A stretch of 64,000 nt of DNA, from the IMG/VR virus record IMGVR_UViG_3300025603_000009, positions 1 through 64,000 of that record, one strand, 5' to 3'. Position numbers and translations under genes: made by a program. The first letter of the stretch is position 1; each line of letters opens with the position of its first letter. The notes below the pieces were generated by a model. It saw only the letters and a list, made by a program, of their open reading frames with translations, had not been told where the DNA came from and did no database searches. The stretch is from a virus. Of the stretch, positions 49,119 to 58,018 are shown in pieces.

Positions 49119-51280
49119 TATATATATATTTCACGTTCAAAAAATTCATCATCATTATTATATTCACTTGCTTCAGCTTTATACATAATGTTATACATTT
49201 GTTCTTTTAAATCAAACATACCAACTAATAAAGCTGAAACCCTATCAAAGTTACCTTTTAAATTCCATGATAGCAATTCTTCTAAGGTAGGAATGTCCGT
49301 AAAATAATGATAGTTATATACGTCATTACCATAAGCATCTTTACTTCTAACAGTGTACAACCATTCTTTTAATGCTTTTGCCGCAACAGGTTTACGTTGA
49401 GCATTTTTACCAATAGACACACCAAATTTTCTACCTGTTTTTCCAGCTATTTCTTGATTCCATGCAATTTCTGGTTCAAGAGCTAACCTATCAGTATGTT
49501 TAAATCGTTTTGCATAAGGATATACTTCACCACGATCATTTTCATACTGAATTTTTCCATTTACATAGTTTGCAAGACTAAATAAATTTTCATTATAATC
49601 ATCAACTTTAAATGGACGACCAACATATGCACCAACAATTACATCTCCTTTTGTTTTAGTAAATGTATTAGGTAGTTCATAAACAAAAGTAGCACCTAAT
49701 GAATCTTTTAAACTACGATTATCTTCATCTTTGTCTGTAGCATATGGATCATGCCATAATCTATACAAGTCTTTAGGCGGTTTTCCATCTGCGCCTTTGA
49801 ACATAGGATGGTATTCTACATAACAACCCTCTAAATCTTCACCAGTACGTGTAGGAAAATTAACAATAGGCTTATGCCTATCTGTTTCAACAAAGTTATA
49901 ACCTTTATCTGTAGATATAATTTCACCATAACGGTTAGCATTTTTAAGAGTATCGTTATGCTTTATATTATCAAGATGTTCTTTAAGACCTGGGCTATAA
50001 AAGTAATTTTCTTCACTCTTAGTAAATGCTTCACTTGGACTGTTAGCACGTTGACCACACCAAATTAAATAATCTCCAGGAGTTTTAGATAGTTCTTTTT
50101 GTCGTTCTTTTGTTTTATTAAATACCTCATCAGCTTTATTAATTAAGCTGTTACCGTGTGCATCCATATAAGGAATCATATTCCTACGTTGTGGATGAAA
50201 AAATCCACAACCTGTATTACTTGCATTTTTATCCCATACGTTAGAAAAAATTAACATATTAAACAACTCGGGAGCATAAAACACTTTTTCAAAATCAACC
50301 CAGTTAGCACCTTTAGTACCACCCGTACCAAATATTGTAATAAGACCAGTAATTAAATCTCCATCTTCCAGTGTAGGTAACGTAACATCTAATGCTTCAA
50401 TAAGATTTGGAAACTTACCAGCCTCCTCAAAGAAAATTTCTTCAGCATCTTTACCAATAGCTGCATCAGGATTATCTTGAAATGATACACCAATAATAGA
50501 ACTTTTAAAACCATGTTCTTCTTGTGTACCTTTATATTTAAACCCTGAACGATAGAAATCTTTACTATCATTTAAACGATGTTTTTTCCAAGCAGTGTGA
50601 GTATTAATCCAATCAAGATATTTACGTACCATTGTCATAGTACCATCACCTTGTGTTAAATACTTCATATCAAAGGCGCCAATAACCGTTGTTCTATTAG
50701 GGAACATATCATACGTATTAGCAGCAACCCAAGCATTTTTATAACTATAACCCTTACGACGGGCTTTAGCTACAGTCATATGTTTACCTAATTCTTTACT
50801 CTTTTGTCTAGCATGAAAATAATAATAATCGCCATCCCAAAAATCAGGAAACGATAAATCTTTTTTACCAACTTTACGTGCATGAACTATATCTTTCAAT
50901 GCTTCTTTAAGAACAGCTTCATCTGTACTAACTGTACGAATAATAGGCGCGTAATTTAAATAACCGTAATGTTCTCCAGTAATATGAACTTGTTGAAGAT
51001 AATAACCTTCTTTATTATTGTGCATTAACTTACCAGGAAGAGTAACACCGTACATACGTTTACGTTCTTCCCTATCCCAAAATTCTTTATAATCTCTTTT
51101 ATTATACACAGAATCAGCCTTTGTATATACTCCGTACTTTTTATAATAGTTACCTGCGGCACTAAGTTCGGAAGTATTTACAAAGGCTATTTCATCAAAA
51201 GTACAATGTCCTCTATCGTTAATTTTAACAGGACTTTTGTAAATTGTATTATCTATGTGACTTATTGCTATAGTTGACAA
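49118..51280 (-). CDS. terL: terminase large subunit
   Basis: KARRKGYSY Walker A, FFEEAG Walker B, FGTGG, HDPY and GNFDRVSA nuclease motifs; TTG start. Confidence 0.95.
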   Translation of the reverse strand: MSTIAISHIDNTIYKSPVKINDRGHCTFDEIAFVNTSELSAAGNYYKKYGVYTKADSVYNKRDYKEFWDREERKRMYGVTLPGKLMHNNKEGYYLQQVHITGEHYGYLNYAPIIRTVSTDEAVLKEALKDIVHARKVGKKDLSFPDFWDGDYYYFHARQKSKELGKHMTVAKARRKGYSYKNAWVAANTYDMFPNRTTVIGAFDMKYLTQGDGTMTMVRKYLDWINTHTAWKKHRLNDSKDFYRSGFKYKGTQEEHGFKSSIIGVSFQDNPDAAIGKDAEEIFFEEAGKFPNLIEALDVTLPTLEDGDLITGLITIFGTGGTKGANWVDFEKVFYAPELFNMLIFSNVWDKNASNTGCGFFHPQRRNMIPYMDAHGNSLINKADEVFNKTKERQKELSKTPGDYLIWCGQRANSPSEAFTKSEENYFYSPGLKEHLDNIKHNDTLKNANRYGEIISTDKGYNFVETDRHKPIVNFPTRTGEDLEGCYVEYHPMFKGADGKPPKDLYRLWHDPYATDKDEDNRSLKDSLGATFVYELPNTFTKTKGDVIVGAYVGRPFKVDDYNENLFSLANYVNGKIQYENDRGEVYPYAKRFKHTDRLALEPEIAWNQEIAGKTGRKFGVSIGKNAQRKPVAAKALKEWLYTVRSKDAYGNDVYNYHYFTDIPTLEELLSWNLKGNFDRVSALLVGMFDLKEQMYNIMYKAEASEYNNDDEFFEREIYI

Positions 51281-51854
51281 ATCCTTCTACAATTGATAAT
51301 GCTAATTCATTTCTATACGAATCTCGTAATAGATAATTTAAATCTCTTACGTTAGTCATAAAACCACTTTCTAAAAGAATCCAAATACCTTTTGTTCTTT
51401 TAAGCATAGCAAAATTTTGCTGACGTACACCCCTATTTTTTACAATGGTTTTATTTTCAATATTACGGTGCATAATTTTATCATGAATTGAAATACCCAA
51501 TTCTTTACCAGACTTACTATAATAAAAAGTAGTAATACCATGTGCAGTAGGTTCTGTAAACGCGTCTGCATGAATACTAATACCTAATACAGTTTTTCCA
51601 GTTTCAGAAAATATACGATGTTCTTCATTAACTCGATCATTAAGATTTTCATCTTTCCAACCATTTGCTAACATAGTATAACTTACACCAGACACACCTA
51701 ACATAAAACCTACTTTGTCTTGAACAGCACTATTAAATTCATTTTCTCTTAATGAATCATCAGTGCTACGTTTTCCAGCAGTATCCCAACCATGTCCAGC
51801 ATCAACAATAATATGATAATTATGTAATGCTTCTCTTATAGCTAATTTATCCAT
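51249..51854 (-). CDS. N-acetylmuramoyl-L-alanine amidase (Amidase_3 endolysin)
   Basis: IIVDAGHG...E...SIHAD...LLESGFMTN. Confidence 0.92.
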   Translation of the reverse strand: MDKLAIREALHNYHIIVDAGHGWDTAGKRSTDDSLRENEFNSAVQDKVGFMLGVSGVSYTMLANGWKDENLNDRVNEEHRIFSETGKTVLGISIHADAFTEPTAHGITTFYYSKSGKELGISIHDKIMHRNIENKTIVKNRGVRQQNFAMLKRTKGIWILLESGFMTNVRDLNYLLRDSYRNELALSIVEGFVNYSNKSHR

Positions 51855-51866
51855 ATTCTAAGGTAT

Positions 51867-51896
51867 AAAAAAAGGCTAGAATAAACTAGCCTTTTT
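51867..51896. terminator. bidirectional terminator
   Basis: A7-GGCTAG-AATAAA-CTAGCC-T5. Confidence 0.8.
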
Positions 51897-51925
51897 AAAA
51901 TTATTATGTAAATATTATTTAAATA

Positions 51926-52822
51926 CTATTCGCGAATAATATTCATTAAAGATGTAGTGCTAAACACAGCTTTGTTATAAACAAAAGACAACTCTAATTT
52001 ACCAACATTGGTTCCAACATTTAATGGAATATTATATGAAACAGCCCCAGGATACCCAAAAGTAACATAGTTTACATTTTTCTGAACTAAGCTACCATTC
52101 CATTTCCACTCAATTCTTGACATATGTTCACGTGGGATGATTTGCCCATTTATTGTGCTCATATTCTTAACATTGCTGGTTTTATAATCTTTAGCAATTA
52201 ACGTTTGAGAAGGCTTAAACTTTACATCAACTTTTCCGGCAACAGGTTCTAAATCAACCGCTATAGGTAAAATAGTATACACAATAACTAAATTGTATGC
52301 TGGTAATACAATAAACATTTCTCTTTTATTGGTATCAAGATAAACATCAGCAGCAGGTAAATGGTTTAAACCAAAAGTAACGTAATTTTTAGTTGAACCT
52401 TCATTAACAAATACGTTTGCAATTCTGCTTAAATAATTTACAGGTAAATCAAATGAGCTTACAATAGTACCAACTTGTAAAACTTCATTTACTATACCCC
52501 CGTTATATCTAGTCATTTTACTAATGAAGTATTCATTAGGGTCTAAATAATCAAGTAAAGTTAAATTAGTTTTAGGTTCTATATTAATATTTATATTATT
52601 ACGTGAAGGTATAGCACTTCTAGCTGCACCAGCAGGTATAGGGAGTTCATTTACAGAGATCATATTATCTGTATCTTTGCTACCCCCTAAACTTAAAAAT
52701 ACAGTATTAAATACGTCTTCAAGAGGGTCATTATAATCAACATTATTTTTTGTAAGTAATTGTTTAATTTCCTCTGCAAAAAATAAAATAGTTGCAACAA
52801 CAAGTAAAATAAGAATTTTCAT
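51926..52822 (-). CDS. exported or membrane-anchored hypothetical protein
   Basis: N-terminal MKILILLVVATILFFA; beta-rich body. Confidence 0.7.
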   Translation of the reverse strand: MKILILLVVATILFFAEEIKQLLTKNNVDYNDPLEDVFNTVFLSLGGSKDTDNMISVNELPIPAGAARSAIPSRNNININIEPKTNLTLLDYLDPNEYFISKMTRYNGGIVNEVLQVGTIVSSFDLPVNYLSRIANVFVNEGSTKNYVTFGLNHLPAADVYLDTNKREMFIVLPAYNLVIVYTILPIAVDLEPVAGKVDVKFKPSQTLIAKDYKTSNVKNMSTINGQIIPREHMSRIEWKWNGSLVQKNVNYVTFGYPGAVSYNIPLNVGTNVGKLELSFVYNKAVFSTTSLMNIIRE

Positions 52823-52834
52823 AGTAGTTTTTAA

Positions 52835-53653
52835 TTAAATATTAGATTTAGAATAAAAATAAATTTTGTAAAATTGACCTTCTTTATAACCTTCAAAGAA
52901 AAATGTATTAATAGGACTAGGAACATTTGAATTATCTATTTCATCAATAGGTGTAACCTTAATAAAACTTGCTTCCCAATCATCCATGTCAAGAAACCAT
53001 CCAGAACTAAATTTACCTAATACACAAGCATTTTCTAAATTAGGTAATTGGTATTCAGGTGGTGCAGTATCTCCAAAAGAATTTATTGCAATTAATAAAT
53101 CAGCCGTGTTAACAATTGTGTCATCATTATAACTATATACAGGACCTTGATTTATTTCGCCATATGAAGCCATAAAATCCATGAACGCTGCTACATCAGG
53201 TACATATACATCTTCAAATACAACATTATTATCTACATCTGTAACTTTTACGCGACCTATATAATAATTATCTAAACTATTACCTACAAGGTCTTCTGCA
53301 ACAATTGAACAATTTTCATTAAATTTAATATCAAGACCATTAATTTGTAAAGCCCCATTTATATTTCTAATGGTTTCAGAAGGTGCTTGACGTATTTTTT
53401 TTTCTTTATTAGTAGTTACTTTTGAAGAGTTTATCGACATATTGTCAAAATCACCTGACATAGCTTTATTATTATCTGACATAGCTTTATTATTATCAAG
53501 GAGGGCGTGTAAAGAATTAGCCGCCATAGTTATATTGATGTTATTAAATGTACTTTCTATATACGGTTTACCGTCTATATCTACTTTTTTATAAATCATA
53601 GCATTAGAATTAAAAAGAAAAAAAGTAATAACAGTAATCAATAAAATTTTCAT
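52835..53653 (-). CDS. exported protein with a dockerin/EF-hand-like motif
   Basis: Signal peptide MKILLITVITFFLFNSNA; YNDDTIVNTADLLIAINSFG. Confidence 0.65.
   Translation of the reverse strand: MKILLITVITFFLFNSNAMIYKKVDIDGKPYIESTFNNINITMAANSLHALLDNNKAMSDNNKAMSGDFDNMSINSSKVTTNKEKKIRQAPSETIRNINGALQINGLDIKFNENCSIVAEDLVGNSLDNYYIGRVKVTDVDNNVVFEDVYVPDVAAFMDFMASYGEINQGPVYSYNDDTIVNTADLLIAINSFGDTAPPEYQLPNLENACVLGKFSSGWFLDMDDWEASFIKVTPIDEIDNSNVPSPINTFFFEGYKEGQFYKIYFYSKSNI
53456..53497. repeat. perfect 21-bp tandem duplication (DNNKAMS x2)
   Basis: TGACATAGCTTTATTATTATC twice. Confidence 0.95.
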
Positions 53654-53724
53654 AACTTTAGTATTTAGAGTGAAAGTTTCAGCACTATTAAAAAGTTAGT
53701 CCGTCTTATTAATTACTGTATTTT

Positions 53725-54189
53725 TTACAGGTAAATAGTTGATTTTGTGTCTTTAATTGCTCTTAATGCAAAACCAAGCATAAATCTAGCTTCAACTAAA
53801 TTAGAATAAATATTATTAAAACAAACTTTTTGTAAAGGTGTAACTTTAACAGCCGTATATTGATCAGTAAATTCTGCAATTAATTCAGCTATTCCTTGTT
53901 TAGTATCATCAATAAACTTAACACCATCTCCTACTTCAACACCTAAAGGATAAGTTTTAGCATCTGCATCTTCAATATCTTTTACAGTTTGACGTTTACC
54001 GTCATTTGCATACGGGGATGTACCACCGTAATAACTACACATATTACCAGTCCATGCTTTTGCTACAAACATACAACGTATAGCAGAAGTAAGTTCTTGC
54101 GTACATGATGGTAATGATTCTCTTGCAGAAACAAGTATTCTACCTTGCGCATCTAAACTTTTACGATAGTTTTCTAAAAACTCTTTCAT
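53725..54189 (-). CDS. tandem Acb2/Tad1-like helical hairpin protein (putative)
   Basis: Two related helices ELTSAIRCMFVAKAWTG and NNIYSNLVEARFMLG resemble SLAxTKLEEAxMWxG. Confidence 0.45.
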   Translation of the reverse strand: MKEFLENYRKSLDAQGRILVSARESLPSCTQELTSAIRCMFVAKAWTGNMCSYYGGTSPYANDGKRQTVKDIEDADAKTYPLGVEVGDGVKFIDDTKQGIAELIAEFTDQYTAVKVTPLQKVCFNNIYSNLVEARFMLGFALRAIKDTKSTIYL

Positions 54190-54195
54190 AGTAAT

Positions 54196-55227
54196 TTATT
54201 TTATTGTGTTTAAATATTTAACTCCTTCAGTATTACAATTTTTTTCACAAAAGTCAACTAACATATTTTTAACCTCTTCTTTTAAATATGGTATTTGATA
54301 AAACAAAGGAGAAAATTCTACATCTTCATTTCTTCTAATATGACATAGTTGTAAATCTAACTGTACCATACCCCAACATTCACATAGAAAAGCATACAAA
54401 CTTAATTGCATACTATAAACTGAACCTTTACATTCATCTAAATGACCAATAGGATATAACAATCTATTCTCATTTTTAATCCAATGTTCAGTACGTACCT
54501 TACGACGAACACCATTAACATCTTTCCACGCTTTTTTATAGTACCCAGATTCAAAACGAAGTAAATCTTTATTAGTTTTCCAATCAAGTATTATAAAGTG
54601 TTTTCCTTTAGCCAAGAATACATCAATCATACCCGCAAGTCCTAAAATAGGGTTGTATACACGTTTTTCAGCGTATAGGGTGAAGCCTTGCATAATAGCG
54701 TTATATATATACTCGTATACAGTAGGGTACTTTAATTGCATAGGAGAATTTTCAAGTTCTTCTATATTAGTGATTTTAAGAGCATACCCGTCAGTATTTA
54801 TACCGGGTTTTGACACATTCAAATCTTTTATATCTGCAATATTATAAGACCCACTATTACTAAACATATTTATACTATCTTCAAGATAGTCATGAGTTTC
54901 ATTTCCACGGGCGCAAGCATCGGCAGTAATTTTAGCCCACTCTGCTTTTAATTCTTCAACAGTATATTTAAAAGATAATACGCTAGATGTTATAACTTCT
55001 TCTAGTGTATAATGCTTATTATTAATTATAATTTCACGGGTTTCAGGAGAAGGCTTACATGGTAAACCACTATCTCTAACCATACTCCATGCAGCCCAAT
55101 ATTCACTGTCAAAAGCTTTTTTATAAAAACCTATTACAGTTGTTACTGAAGTATATACAGTATTTTTTTCGTCTGAATATTTATGTTCTTTTGCATTAAA
55201 AGAAATTGTCCGTTTTTCTAATTGCAT
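54196..55227 (-). CDS. PD-(D/E)XK exonuclease-like protein
   Basis: YTSVTTVI, RGNETHDYLE, LAGMID...ILDWKTN and YSMQLSLY motifs. Confidence 0.85.
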   Translation of the reverse strand: MQLEKRTISFNAKEHKYSDEKNTVYTSVTTVIGFYKKAFDSEYWAAWSMVRDSGLPCKPSPETREIIINNKHYTLEEVITSSVLSFKYTVEELKAEWAKITADACARGNETHDYLEDSINMFSNSGSYNIADIKDLNVSKPGINTDGYALKITNIEELENSPMQLKYPTVYEYIYNAIMQGFTLYAEKRVYNPILGLAGMIDVFLAKGKHFIILDWKTNKDLLRFESGYYKKAWKDVNGVRRKVRTEHWIKNENRLLYPIGHLDECKGSVYSMQLSLYAFLCECWGMVQLDLQLCHIRRNEDVEFSPLFYQIPYLKEEVKNMLVDFCEKNCNTEGVKYLNTIK

Positions 55228-55964
55228 TAATCCATTTTTATTACTATTTTTTGATCTAGTTTTTCTAGTCCAATATCTACTATTCCTTCATTTTCTTTTA
55301 ATCTTTTTCTATATCCTGGAAGTTCTCTATCACTTATAGCACCACCTCCAGCTTTTTCACGTTTTTCAGATGCTTCAAGTCTTACTTTCTTTCTAACATT
55401 TTCTAAGCTATCAACTAACTTAGGGATGTCAGCACTAATAGATTGTATTTTTCCAATATTGCCCATCAATGTTCCCATTTTTGTAGCAATTAAATCTTTG
55501 TCTACTGCATTTTCAGTATTAGGATCAATTTGTCTAAGTTCATCTAAAGTTTTTTGCATAACTTCAGTAAGGTACTCAATAGTATCATTACTTAAAGCTA
55601 ATCCTTTTAGTGAACTTTTAAGTAGACGTAAAGAAGACACATTTTGTAATTCTGTATACTTTTCAATCGCCGTTTGAAGGGTGTCTGTAATCGAGAACTT
55701 ATCCTTACTTTGAAAGCCAGCTTCTTTAGCACATTTTTGAATAAGTACGTTGTATGTAAAACCAGCTTCAAAATAAGGAGACTGGTAATCACACATAAAG
55801 TATATAAAACGTATAGCTTTTCTATTATACAATTTCTTTCTACCGTATGCATCGTCTTTACTCTTTTTTACAACGCGCCACAAAGCATCAAATTCTTTAT
55901 GTAAAAGAACTTCATCTCTATTGAATGTAACTTCATCATCTTTAAGTACAAAAAGCTTAACCAT
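55227..55964 (-). CDS. conserved crAss late protein (possible small terminase)
   Basis: FIYFMCDYQSPY motif; position upstream of the nuclease and terminase. Confidence 0.55.
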   Translation of the reverse strand: MVKLFVLKDDEVTFNRDEVLLHKEFDALWRVVKKSKDDAYGRKKLYNRKAIRFIYFMCDYQSPYFEAGFTYNVLIQKCAKEAGFQSKDKFSITDTLQTAIEKYTELQNVSSLRLLKSSLKGLALSNDTIEYLTEVMQKTLDELRQIDPNTENAVDKDLIATKMGTLMGNIGKIQSISADIPKLVDSLENVRKKVRLEASEKREKAGGGAISDRELPGYRKRLKENEGIVDIGLEKLDQKIVIKMD

Positions 55965-56283
55965 AGTATTCTCTAAATATATTTAAATGATGCTTTCTTA
56001 AATATGTAATGTGAGTATTATGTTTAATATTATAATCAATTTCATCAGGAGTTAATTTATTCTCCATTAATTCCTTATACTTATAAATTAAATAACCATC
56101 ACTATTAAATTGGAATCTTCCCAACTTAGCTAAATCAACAGACTCTTTACATTTTAAACATTTAGCAACTTCATTATAATATTTAATTAAAGTAGCTTTA
56201 ATTACAACAGTAGATACGTCAACATCATGTTCACGTTTCACATCTCTATTTATTGCATTAAGTATATCTACTTCATTATTCAT
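55957..56283 (-). CDS. HU/IHF-like DNA-binding protein
   Basis: ESVDLAKLGRFQ motif; first gene of the late block. Confidence 0.55.
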   Translation of the reverse strand: MNNEVDILNAINRDVKREHDVDVSTVVIKATLIKYYNEVAKCLKCKESVDLAKLGRFQFNSDGYLIYKYKELMENKLTPDEIDYNIKHNTHITYLRKHHLNIFREYYG

Positions 56284-56287
56284 ACTA

Positions 56288-56336
56288 TAAATATACGATT
56301 TATATTTGCTAATTACAAATATTATATGTATCTTAA
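56288..56336. promoter_or_regulatory. overlapping divergent Bacteroidota-type promoters
   Basis: Minus TTTG-N20-TATATTTA and plus TTTG-N20-TATCTTAA around the palindrome ATATTTG-CTAATTA-CAAATAT. Confidence 0.55.
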
Positions 56337-56357
56337 AGTAGATAAAATCTCAATGTT

Positions 56358-56657
56358 ATGGAGAATTTTGATCATATTGTAGAACAAATTAGTTATAATA
56401 CTAATTGGATAAAAACACTTATAGTTCCTAAAGATGAACTAATAAACTTTCATGCTGTATTTTATAATTTTAATATAAATATAGTAGCATCTAGTAGACT
56501 TACTAATATGAATCAATTTGCACCTATTATAATGTCTGCTAAAACTATAATTAAAGAAGATGTTGATTTTGCCGCTACTCGCGCTTTATTAACTACTGCA
56601 TATCATAGTCAAATGTCTGAAGGTAATCTTTTATATAAACAAGTTTTATTTAATTAA
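56358..56657 (+). CDS. hypothetical protein
   Basis: 99-aa ORF downstream of the plus-strand promoter candidate. Confidence 0.55.
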   Translation: MENFDHIVEQISYNTNWIKTLIVPKDELINFHAVFYNFNINIVASSRLTNMNQFAPIIMSAKTIIKEDVDFAATRALLTTAYHSQMSEGNLLYKQVLFN

Positions 56658-56754
56658 AAATACTAGTTTCATAGCTGGTGATTTGTGTTTTAAGTTGTCT
56701 AAGTTAGAGGGGGAAGTAGTGACTCCCCCTTATACTTAACTCACTACTATGAAT

Positions 56755-56797
56755 TATGAGTATCTCATATATGAGGGTATATGAGGGTATATGAGTG
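56755..56797. repeat. 10-bp phased TATATGAGGG repeats with an inverted copy of the core
   Basis: TATGAG-TAT-CTCATA, then TATATGAGGG x2 and TATATGAGTG. Confidence 0.85.
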
Positions 56798-56809
56798 GTT
56801 TTGGTTAAC

Positions 56810-56848
56810 AAGAAAAGATGGTGGAAACGTTCACCATCTTTTTCTTTT
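56810..56848. terminator. bidirectional terminator
   Basis: AAGAAAAGATGGTGGA-AACG-TTCACCATCTTTTTCTTTT. Confidence 0.8.
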
Positions 56849-57047
56849 ACATACTTATTCAAAGGCGCAACTAAATAATAATGTAATATAAATTAGGTAT
56901 TTTAATAAATATAACTTAACTTGTATATCTAGTTTAAAGAGTATGTCCGTACTCTATAAGTGCTGTCTAACACGAATACTATTAAACGTAGTAGTATTTT
57001 GTTTACTATTTATTATGTGGTTTTGTCATGATTTTTCCACATACATG

Positions 57048-57086
57048 AAAAAGGTTATAAAGTTTAATACTTTGTAGCCTTTTTTT
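57048..57086 (+). terminator. intrinsic terminator
   Basis: AAAAAGGTTATAAAGT-TTAAT-ACTTTGTAGCC-T7; the G-U pairs favour the + strand. Confidence 0.7.
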
Positions 57087-57338
57087 GTGTCTTATATATT
57101 TATATAAATACTAATATGGATGGGACTTAAAAAAATTATATAAATTATATTATAAATGTTGTTAGTTCGCTTTATGTTTGTAGTCGCATTGTTTGTATAC
57201 CCCCGTATGTACATATGATTACTAAGTGTACTACCCACCTTGATTCAACCCCCCTTACTTATTTTTGACATGAAAGTACCCGTGGGTATTCGAGCGTCAT
57301 CACTATTTATTCACATTATCTTAATACACACAAATCTT

Positions 57339-57944
57339 ATGAATACTTTTACCATTACTAACGTGCGTCTGTTACCTCAGATTGGAACTAACGCGCCTGC
57401 TATGATTATTGATGTTGCTAACCATACTACTGGTATTTACCGTAGTGAGAAGGTGGCACTGATTGACCTTCGTGATGCAGGCATCACTGCTACTAGATTA
57501 GCTGACGTTGAACTCGTTGAACTACGTGAACGCTTCATTGGCGGTAGAGTTAGTGGAGACATTATCTTCCACAATGCTGGTAGCACATACATTGCTGATG
57601 CAAACTCTACTGCTGTCGTTAGCGGTGCTGTCGAAGTTGGTGCTACACTCAAACGTAAGGCTGACCAATTTCGTGTTGAACGCTTTCTTACCATCTCCCG
57701 TAGTGATAACGCGATGCTGCGTTCTGCTATTGCAAAGGAAGCTGGTCAGGCAATGGCACAGCTATGCGGAGGGTTTGTTCCTTCTGCTAACGTTGGTGCT
57801 AGTGCGCAACCAGCATTAGAGGTTGGCGGTAATCATCCTGATGAAGATGATACTGTTGATGGTGACGCTGAAGAAGCTACTGAAGAAGCTACTGAAGAAG
57901 CTACTGCTCCTGTTGGACGTAGAAGCCGTCGCAAGACAGCATAA
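57339..57944 (+). CDS. first early-region protein, function unknown
   Basis: Likely ATG at 57339 after an A/C-rich leader; visibly GC-richer with GCT/CGT/GGT codons; acidic EEAT repeats and a basic tail. Confidence 0.8.
   Translation: MNTFTITNVRLLPQIGTNAPAMIIDVANHTTGIYRSEKVALIDLRDAGITATRLADVELVELRERFIGGRVSGDIIFHNAGSTYIADANSTAVVSGAVEVGATLKRKADQFRVERFLTISRSDNAMLRSAIAKEAGQAMAQLCGGFVPSANVGASAQPALEVGGNHPDEDDTVDGDAEEATEEATEEATAPVGRRSRRKTA
57870..57905 (+). repeat. 12-bp tandem repeat x3 (EEAT)
   Basis: GAAGAAGCTACT three times. Confidence 0.95.
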
Positions 57945-57946
57945 TA

Positions 57947-58018
57947 TGCGAAACGACGATAGTAGCGATACTATCGTCGTCTATCACACGTGATGGTGTG
58001 GTACTGATGAGCAGTCAC
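57947..58018 (+). ncRNA. type II hammerhead ribozyme
   Basis: TGC-GAAA-stem III (GCGA loop)-GTC-stem I-CTGATGA-GCA with every core nucleotide present, plus a loop I pseudoknot to GTCAC. Confidence 0.92.

Noticed and set aside
44029-51280. Introns or inteins in terminase, portal and MCP
   Set aside because: ORFs are continuous and of ordinary length, with no splice-junction or homing-endonuclease motifs seen
5619-56283. Stop-codon reassignment (TAG or TGA), known in some Crassvirales
   Set aside because: Long late genes are intact in the standard code, TAG is used as a stop, and no suppressor tRNA was seen
56755-56797. CRISPR-like mini-array
   Set aside because: Units are 10 bp with no spacers; no repeat-spacer array was seen anywhere in the window
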